Origin: Macrostomum hystrix | Taxonomy: Eukaryota > Animalia > Platyhelminthes | Direction of reading: 5' to 3' | DNA: 64,000 nt | NCBI GenBank assembly: GCA_950097015.1 | Contig: CATNEN010000007.1 | Coordinates: 11,718,001 to 11,782,000, forward strand | Shown: positions 52,501-61,500 of the stretch, one piece after another | Position numbering within the stretch: position 1 is the stretch's first letter | Layout of the letters: each line of letters begins with the position of its first letter | Made by a program: the position numbers and the translations under genes | Notes under the pieces: model-generated | What the model saw: the letters and a program-made list of their open reading frames with translations, nothing else | Databases searched by the model: none | Told to the model about the DNA's origin: nothing

Positions 52501-55500
52501 TAGAATCGACGCCAGAATCCAGTAGCTTCAGTTCACCCAGTTGTAGAATCGACACCAGAATCCAGTAGCTTCAGTTCACCCAGTTGTAGAATCGACACCA
52601 GAATCCAGTAGCTTCAGTTCACCCAGTTGTAGAATCGACACCAGAATCCTGTAGCTTCAGTTCATCCAGTTGTAGAATCGACACCAGAATCCAGTAGCTT
52701 CATTTCACCCAGTTGTAGAATCGACACCAGAATCCAGTAGCTTCAGTTCACCCAGTTGTAGAATCGACACCAGAATCCAGTAGCTTCAGTTCACCCAGTT
52801 GTAGAATCGACACCAGAATCCAGTAGCTTCAGTTCATCCAGCTGTAGAATCGACACCAGAATCCAGTAGCTTCATTTCACCCAGTTGTAGAATCGACACC
52901 AGAATCCAGTAGGTTCATTTCACCCAGTTCTAGAAACGACACCAGAATCCAGTAGCTTCAGTTCACCCAGTTGTAGAATCGACGCCAGAATCCAGTAGCT
53001 TCAGTTCACCCAGTTGTAGAATCGACGCCAGAATCCAGTAGCTTCAGTTCACCCAGTTGTAGAATCGATGCCAGAATCCAGTAGCTTCAGTTCACCCAGT
53101 TGTAGAATCGATGCCAGAATCCAGTAGCTTCAGTTCACCCAGTTCTAGAATCGACACCAGAATCCAGTAGCTTCATTTCACCCAGTTGTAGAATCGACAC
53201 CAGAATCCAGTAGCTTCAGTTCACCCAGTTGTAGAATCGACACCAGAATCCAGTAGCTTCAGTTCACCCAGTTGTAGAATCGACACCAGAATCCAGTAGC
53301 TTCATTTCACCCAGTTCTAGAATCGACGCCAGAATCCAGTAGCTTCAGTTCATCCAGCTGTAGAATCGACACCAGAATCCAGTAGCTTCATTTCACCCAG
53401 TTGTAGAATCGACACCAGAATCCAGTAGCTTCAGTTCACCCAGTTGTAGAATCGACACCAGAATCCAGTAGCTTCAGTTCACCCAGTTGTAGAATCGACA
53501 CCAGAATCCAGTAGCTTCATTTCACCCAGTTCTAGAATCGACACCAGAATCCAGAAGCTTCAGTTCACCCAGTTGTAGAATCGACACCAGAATCCAGTAG
53601 CTTCATTTCACCCAGTTGTAGAATCGACACCAGAATCCAGTAGCTTCATTTCACCCAGTTGTAGAATCGACACCAGAATCCAGTAGCTTCATTTCACCCA
53701 GTTCTAGAATCGACACCAGAATCCAGTAGCTTCATTTCACCCAGTTGTAGAATCGACACCAGAATCCAGTAGCTTCATTTCACCCAGTTCTAGAATCGAC
53801 ACCAGAATCCAGAAGCTTCAGTTCACCCAGTTGTAGAATCGACACCAGAATCCAGTAGCTTCATTTCACCCAGTTGTAGAATCGACACCAGAATCCAGTA
53901 GCTTCATTTCACCCAGTTGTAGAATCGACACCAGAATCCAGTAGCTTCATTTCACCCAGTTCTAGAATCGACACCAGAATCCAGTAGCTTCATTTCACCC
54001 AGTTGTAGAATCGACACCAGAATCCAGTAGCTTCATTTCACCCAGTTGTAGAATCGACACCAGAATCCAGTAGCTTCATTTCACCCAGTTCTAGAATCGA
54101 CACCAGAATCCAGTAGCTTCAGTTCACCCAGTTGTAGAATCGACACCAGAATCCAGTAGCTTCATTTCACCCAGTTCTAGAATCGACACCAGAATCCAGT
54201 AGCTTCATTTCACCCAGTTGTAGAATCGACACCAGAATCCAGTAGCTTCAGTTCACCCAGTTGTAGAACCGACACCAGAATCCAGTAGCTTCAGTTCACC
54301 CAGTTGTAGAATCGACACCAGAATCCAGTAGCTTCAGTTCACCCAGTTGTAGAATCGACGCCAGAATCCAGTAGCTTCAGTTCACCCAGTTGTAGAATCG
54401 ACGCCAGAATCCAGTAGCTTCAGTTCACCCAGTTCTAGAATCGACGCCAGAATCCAGTAGCTTCAGTTCACCCAGTTCTAGAATCGACGCCAGAATCCAG
54501 TAGCTTCAGTTCACCCAGTTGTAGAATCGACACCAGAATCCAGTAGCTTCAGTTCACCCAGTTGTAGAATCGACACCAGAATCCAGTAGCTTCAGTTCAC
54601 CCAGTTGTAGAATCGACACCAGAATCCTGTAGCTTCAGTTCATCCAGTTGTAGAATCGACACCAGAATCCAGTAGCTTCATTTCACCCAGTTGTAGAATC
54701 GACACCAGAATCCAGTAGCTTCAGTTCACCCAGTTGTAGAATCGACACCAGAATCCAGTAGCTTCAGTTCACCCAGTTGTAGAATCGACACCAGAATCCA
54801 GTAGCTTCAGTTCACCCAGTTGTAGAATCGATGCCAGAATCCAGTAGCTTCAGTTCACCCAGCTGTAGAATCGACACCAGAATCCAGTAGCTTCAGTTCA
54901 CCCAGCTGTAGAATCGACGCCAGAATCCTGTAGCTTCAGTTCACCCAGCTGTAGAATCGACACCAGAATCCTGTAGCTTCAGTTCATCCAGTTGTAGAAT
55001 CGACACCAGAATCCAGTAGCTTCAGTTCACCCAGTTGTAGAATCGACACCAGAATCCAGTAGCTTCAGTTCACCCAGTTGTAGAATCGACACCAGAATCC
55101 AGTAGCTTCAGTTCACCCAGTTGTAGAATCGACACCAGAATCCAGTAGCTTCAGTTCACCCAGTTGTAGAATCGACACCAGAATCCAGTAGCTTCAGTTC
55201 ACCCAGAATATGCTGGGTTAGAGATTTGTGTGCTGTTGCGGCCTCCTTAGCTCAGTCCACGGACTGACAGCCTGTGGAAACGCTGTTCCATTAAACCATA
55301 GGGCTAAGCCTTAACAACAGCGAATCTCTAAGCATAGGAAAGCTTCGTTATTATTGAAACTCGCGCGCCAATTGCAGCTCCATGCGTTCACAATCGCGGG
55401 GACGGCAAATTCTACCTGTATGACCTGAATGTGACAGCCGAAGGTATCGCCTGCCTCCCAGAGACTGAAGACAGTGCGGCTGGTCTGACCTACAATCGCC

Positions 55501-58500
55501 AGTGCTTCAGCCGTAAGCGCTTCCTAAATGATGTGCGACCTATGGCACTAGAAGACACAAACCTCACTTTCCCGTAAAATTAAACATATTCGAAGAATGT
55601 TCGAAACAGGACATGCAGCTTTAGTTGTAAAAATTCAAGTTGATTAACTGAAGAGGTGTGCTTTATTAAGCTATTATTAACTTTCTACTGACCATTGCTC
55701 CAGGGAACCCGTATGAGCAGCCTTCGTGCAACACTAATTTAGGCCGGAAAACATGCATCGATTTCAGCTGCTGTAAGCGCACAACACAATCAACCTTCCC
55801 GAATCTCTTCGGTACATAAACGTTTTTCAATTTACTAGAAGGCGCTGTTTTGTTTTCAGTCGATTACTACCATCTAGTGACCAGCGACAGGCAGATCGGC
55901 GGTCAAAATGCTGCTAGAAACAAAGCGGTGTGGATGAACGGTCGCAGCATTTCCACCACAAACACCGACAGTAGAGGCTTTATTAGAGTACTCACACCCA
56001 GCTCTCTTGCGGACACGATCACCCTTCACTGGCTGCTGGTCGACCTCAAGCTCCGCCACACGATCACTGGCGTGGAGCTGGAGCGCTCCCATGGTACGAT
56101 TACTAGCTTATGCGCTAGCTTTCTCTGCCGTTATCAGTGACGATTTTAGCGCGTGAAGATTAATTGCTTTATAGAAAGTACAAGCGACGATGTAGACAAC
56201 ATCCCTGTATTTTAAAAGTTATTTTATATATGTTATTTGATGTAATAATAATAAGCGTGATCAAATGTGTCTACGGCCTTCTTAATCGAAAAGTTGGTTT
56301 TCTACTCGACCCCAGGCGCGGAGGACCATTTCCCACTAATCGTCATTGTCGGCAACAAGTTCAACATGTCTGCCGGCGAGACCGAGTTTCAAGACTGGCC
56401 TCTGTGCGACTCAATCGAGTTTTCCACAGGCAGTCTGCAATACAGCCTCATCTGCAGCCAGCCGATGCAGGCCAGATACGTGGCTGTCACTCGACCTGCG
56501 GACATGGGAATACTCAACTTAACAAGCCTGTTTGTTTATGCGGAGGAATGTGAGTCACCAAAAGTGTATAAGCTCGTGCTAAAAATACACTTTTTACTGC
56601 AGGGGTCGGAAAACTCGGGCTCGACCCGGCCCTAGAAGCTCCCGGCCTGTTGCCCCTTCCGATACCTACAGTATCATTTTTCATCTCTCCTGTGTCTCAT
56701 CTATCCCGTGTCTCACCTCTCCCGTGTCTCATTTCTCGTGTGTCTCATCTCTTTCTTGTCTCATCTCTCCCGCATCTCATCTCTCCTGTGTCTCATTTCT
56801 CCTGTGTCTCATCTCTTACCTGTCTCATATTTTCCCTGTCCATCTCTCCTGTGTCTTATCTCTCCTATTTCATATTTCTACAGTCAATGCGGCCCGCTGT
56901 CTTCATTTAGGTTCTCTTTTTGGCCTGCTAGCTAATAAGTTTGCCGACCCCTGGTTTACTTCCTTTTTTCAACCCATCTCGCTAATATAATGTACATCTC
57001 ACTCATCTACGAGCTCAATCTGAAACTCGCGATCGTAGTTATGCAACATAAATATGCCCGGTAATATTTTATATCGCGCATATACTATTCCCACTGCTTC
57101 CAGTGTACGAGTATGCCGCATATGTGGACAAGCGAGTTCATTGGTTCCCCGATGAAGCTGTTTTCGACGCCTTGGCAACACAGAACGCGACACTCTTCAT
57201 ACGGATTCTGTCCAGAGTGGCAAAGATTTGGCTGACCAATCAGTTTGGATATCTGGAAGCGATGACAAATGTATGTTGTTGCGATTGTGTAAAAACAATG
57301 TTCAAGTGAACGAATATTCCTTGCAATGCACTCGCGAATGCCGATTCACTATCGAATTTCAGCCGAGGTACATGGTGCTGTTGAAGGGAGACGGGCTGAG
57401 CGGGATCTCCTACTTGGGAGTTGTGGTGGAGCACAGCGACTACTCGTCTTCAAACGCGTCGTTTTACACGCTCGGATCACTGAATACCACCCTGAATCGG
57501 TCGGTGCAGTTCAACACCGACGACTTTGCTCAAGTCTGCGTCACGTGGCAGGCAGCTGGTGGAGTAACCGTGATCAGGACCTTCGTAAATGGTGTTCAAG
57601 TCGGCGAATCATCGGATGCCATCTACGGCATTCCGGTCCTGAAAGTTGGCTTTTCTAACGATGTACTGAGCTCATCGACTGGCAACATTCATGTGTATTT
57701 CAACGTTCCCAGCACCAAGAGTGTAGGATCCTTCAGACCGACGGCCTTTCAGGGAGCTAGCCTTGAACATATATACCTACAGGTTGAGTAACTGCTTTGC
57801 TGGTAAAGCTGGGCTTCAAGTATGAGAAGCCTGTTCTGTTTTTATCGTCAAATAAAAACTCCAGATCCTTCCTCAGAGAGGATAACTAACATTATAAACA
57901 AAGTAGAACTTTATTTCGTCACTGCAGGCAATATTCGACAAGTTTGTCCGCCTGCAATGGATAACACTGCTTGGTGGCCCCGGAAGTAGCTCTATCGGAG
58001 ACTTCATGACCTTGGTCAGAGCTTTCAACATCACCCACAGTGATGAGGCGCGCTACTGGAGAATTTATTACGCCTCGATAGTGAGTCAGTGCAGTTTCTA
58101 AGGGACTGTCGCTGTTCTGTTGTACTTTTGCGCTATTTAAATACGACAATTTCTTTTAAACGAAAAGACGTAAAATAATGGAAATGGATTTTGTAACAGA
58201 AAAATAGCATTTTTAATTTCTTAATTCATCTAGATATAGAAAGTGCCACTAGTGCTATTAATAACAATAAGCCAGCTACGCTCGTATTATTTTTTTTTAA
58301 ATGCAGCCCGTTGGAGGTCCGCGAGACAATCCCCGCCAGGCTGCCAGTTTCCGCTTTCTGCCCTTCCTATTGACTCTCGGTGTGCGGCTGTTTCCCATTC
58401 AAGCTGTCAACATCCCGGAGTTCAAGCTGCAGCTTTACGGCTGCATCTACTGTAAGCCACTACCAATGTCCCTGTCGCATTCATTTCTTCATCCGAATAT

Positions 58501-61500
58501 CCTGTCACACTTCTCGCAGCCTCACGGGACTTTGTTCTGCCCATCTTGGTCTCCGCGGCAAAGAAGCGTCTGGCGAGCTCATCGACCACCTCCGAGTTGT
58601 ACGGAAATGACGGGGTGGTCTCTACCACTTCGACTATGTCTACTGCCTTTGAGGACTATGCAAACGTGTACCACTACTGGATGCTGGACTTAGGAATTGG
58701 TACCACAGTGAAATACATCCGAGTTTTTAGCGCAATAAACAGTAAGTTTCTTCTTAAAGAGAATTATATTATTCGCATATTACTCGTTTATACTTAACTA
58801 ACAGGTTGCATGATTGCTCAATCTACTCGAGAAAATTCACCATTTTGAACCATTTTTTCTTATTTATACCCCCCTCAAAGAGATTATGCAGTGGTAAAAA
58901 AAACTATTTTTTCTGATAAACCCCTATTAGGAGTTTCATTCAGAAAAATGATTCAGTAGGCACGAAATTCATAGCCACAAAAGTGCAGCTTGCCATTGGA
59001 ACTTCGATTGCTTTAGATTATTACGGCGGAGACGTGTGCTCATCAAGCTCAGATAAATCTAGCTACTTCGGTAAAACCAACGTAACGATTGGCGGCATCC
59101 CCTGCCAGAACTGGAAAGCATCGACGCCCCAAACAATATCCGCGAATTGCCGAATGGACTCGAATTTCCCGAGTAACAATAGGACGGCATCAGAGAACTT
59201 TTGCCGGCGGTGTGAAACAGACGGCGGCAGCTTCTTCTGCTACACGATGGATCCCTCTGTGACGGTTCAGACCTGTCAAGTGATGCCATGTAGCGCAAGC
59301 TATTTGAGATTCGGTAATAATACTTTAGCTATCCTGGAATATATTCGCGTATGGTGCAGGAGACCACTAATGTCGAACTGAACACCTGCCATAATTAAAA
59401 ATAAGTGAAAAAACTGAAACTATTTGAACACAGATTACGAGGAACTTGATTTCACGGAGATGTTTATCTCCAATACTTCAACAATCGATGATCCAGCGAT
59501 CAAGGTGGTTGAGCGGCGTGGCCAAGGTCGTGTCAATGAGCACATGTGGCTTGTGGAGAACATCGACGCGGTAATGATTTTTTCTAGATGTACCTTATCT
59601 CACATTTTTAAATCCGGCAATGGAATTCTGGACTTAACAGGCTGACATTGAGCATATTTCGAGTAGAAAACCAAAGGTAAATGGCTAATTAAATTAAACT
59701 ACAACACTATTTAGACTGGAGGCCAGCTGCATATACAGCCAAAGTCAGAAAGTCTAAAATAAAAGACATTGCTTTACTGACAGTCCAGGACTATACTATT
59801 TCAGAGTGCATTGATTTGATTCAGATGATAAAATACAGTCGTCACTCCTTCCTACGAAAGGTGGCCAGATATGCCGGACTCCGAAAGCTGACAGAGTACA
59901 GACGCCGCATCAGCTTTACCGAGTTCGAGGTCTTTGGCTTTCCTACCATCAGTGAGTACACAGTAAATATTACAATGTGCCTTATTAAGCTTTAATGTCA
60001 GCTCGTAACAAAACCAAACATGTCCTCCAGGTCAGCTGCATCTGTTGGGAAACCCAATCGGAATAGAAGATGGAGTCATCGAGCCTAACCAGTTCGATGC
60101 TCAGAAGGACAGAGTTGTAACTTACCCCACCTATCCTTTAGTTGCATCGCCACACATGCTTCGCCTAAACTCTCCTCAAAAGCCAATGCAGCCACCGGGA
60201 ATGTTCATGAACGCGTATATTCAGCCAGGTTAGACTTTTGGGAATGATATTATGAAGCTTTTCAGCACTCAAAGGTACGAGCGAGTGTAAGTACTGCATT
60301 TTTGTTTTCAGCAAAAGTGCTAATCTACTTGACAACAAGGCACACAGTCATTGGCTTTGTGGTGCAAGGTGCGTCCATCTCGGACAACAGCAGCACTTGG
60401 AAGTCCTACTCCAGGATTTTCAACTTTTCTTATGGAGACGATCCACGGGCACTTGTACCATATCAGTCGTTTCAGAGATCAAACACGCTAAGCGTTGTGA
60501 GTTGATTCCATCGACAAGTTTTATCTGCGCTATAAGCATACTTCTTGTTATTGAATGCCAAACGTTTCGATATGAAACTCAATTTCAGCACACATTCAGT
60601 GCGGCTTATGGAGGCGAGAATCTGGCAGTCCGAGTGGACCTCCCAGTACCGATTAGGACCAGAATTGTCGAGTTTGCATTTGAAGGATCAAATTATTCGA
60701 CATATATGTACTACACCATCTGGCAAAACAGAAAAGCCATTCGATTGGAAATCCTAGGCTACCCTGATGGTGAGCACTACTGAATTGTTCGACCGAACTC
60801 CTGAACTCCTAAAAATAAACGGTTGGGTTGCTGCTACCTTAGTCGAAAGGGTCGATCGCCCCGTAGGCTTCTCTAACCTTAAAGCTGTAATTTAAAAAAA
60901 AGTTTCACTTCATGTTGACTATCGTAACAAGAGAAGCCCTGGCAAATAAACACGGTAGCCCAGACAAGTAATGTGGAAATCCTTCCACAAAAATGCTTCC
61001 GCCAAGATTCCGCTGTCTCCTTCAAATTACACCTGTTTCAGGGGAAACTCCAATCCTGGAGAGTCCTCCTCTAGTTATTTTGACTCGAAGGAAACTCTTA
61101 TCCAAGAGAGTCCTGCTGCTCTCACGTGTCCTTATGAAACTCTTATCCAAGAGAGTCCTGCTGCTCTCACGTGTCCTTATGAAACTCTTATCCAAGAGAG
61201 TCCTGCTGCTCTCACGTGTCCTTATGAAACTCTTATCCAAGAGAGTCCTGCTGCTCTCACGTGTCCTTATGAAACTCTTATCCAAGAGAGTCCTGCTGCT
61301 CTCACGTGTCCTTATGAAACTCTTATCCAAGAGAGTCCTGCTGCTCTCACGTGTCCTTATGAAACTCTTATCCAAGAGAGTCCTGCTGCTCTCACGTGTC
61401 CTTATGAAACTCTTATCCAAGAGAGTCCTGCTGCTCTCACGTGTCCTTATGAAACTCTTATCCAAGAGAGTCCTGCTGCTCTCACGTGTCCTTATGAAAC

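Noticed and set aside
51665-55207. Possible CRISPR array (regular ~40-bp period)
   Set aside because: Head-to-tail monomers with no unique spacers, no cas genes, and a eukaryotic intron context.
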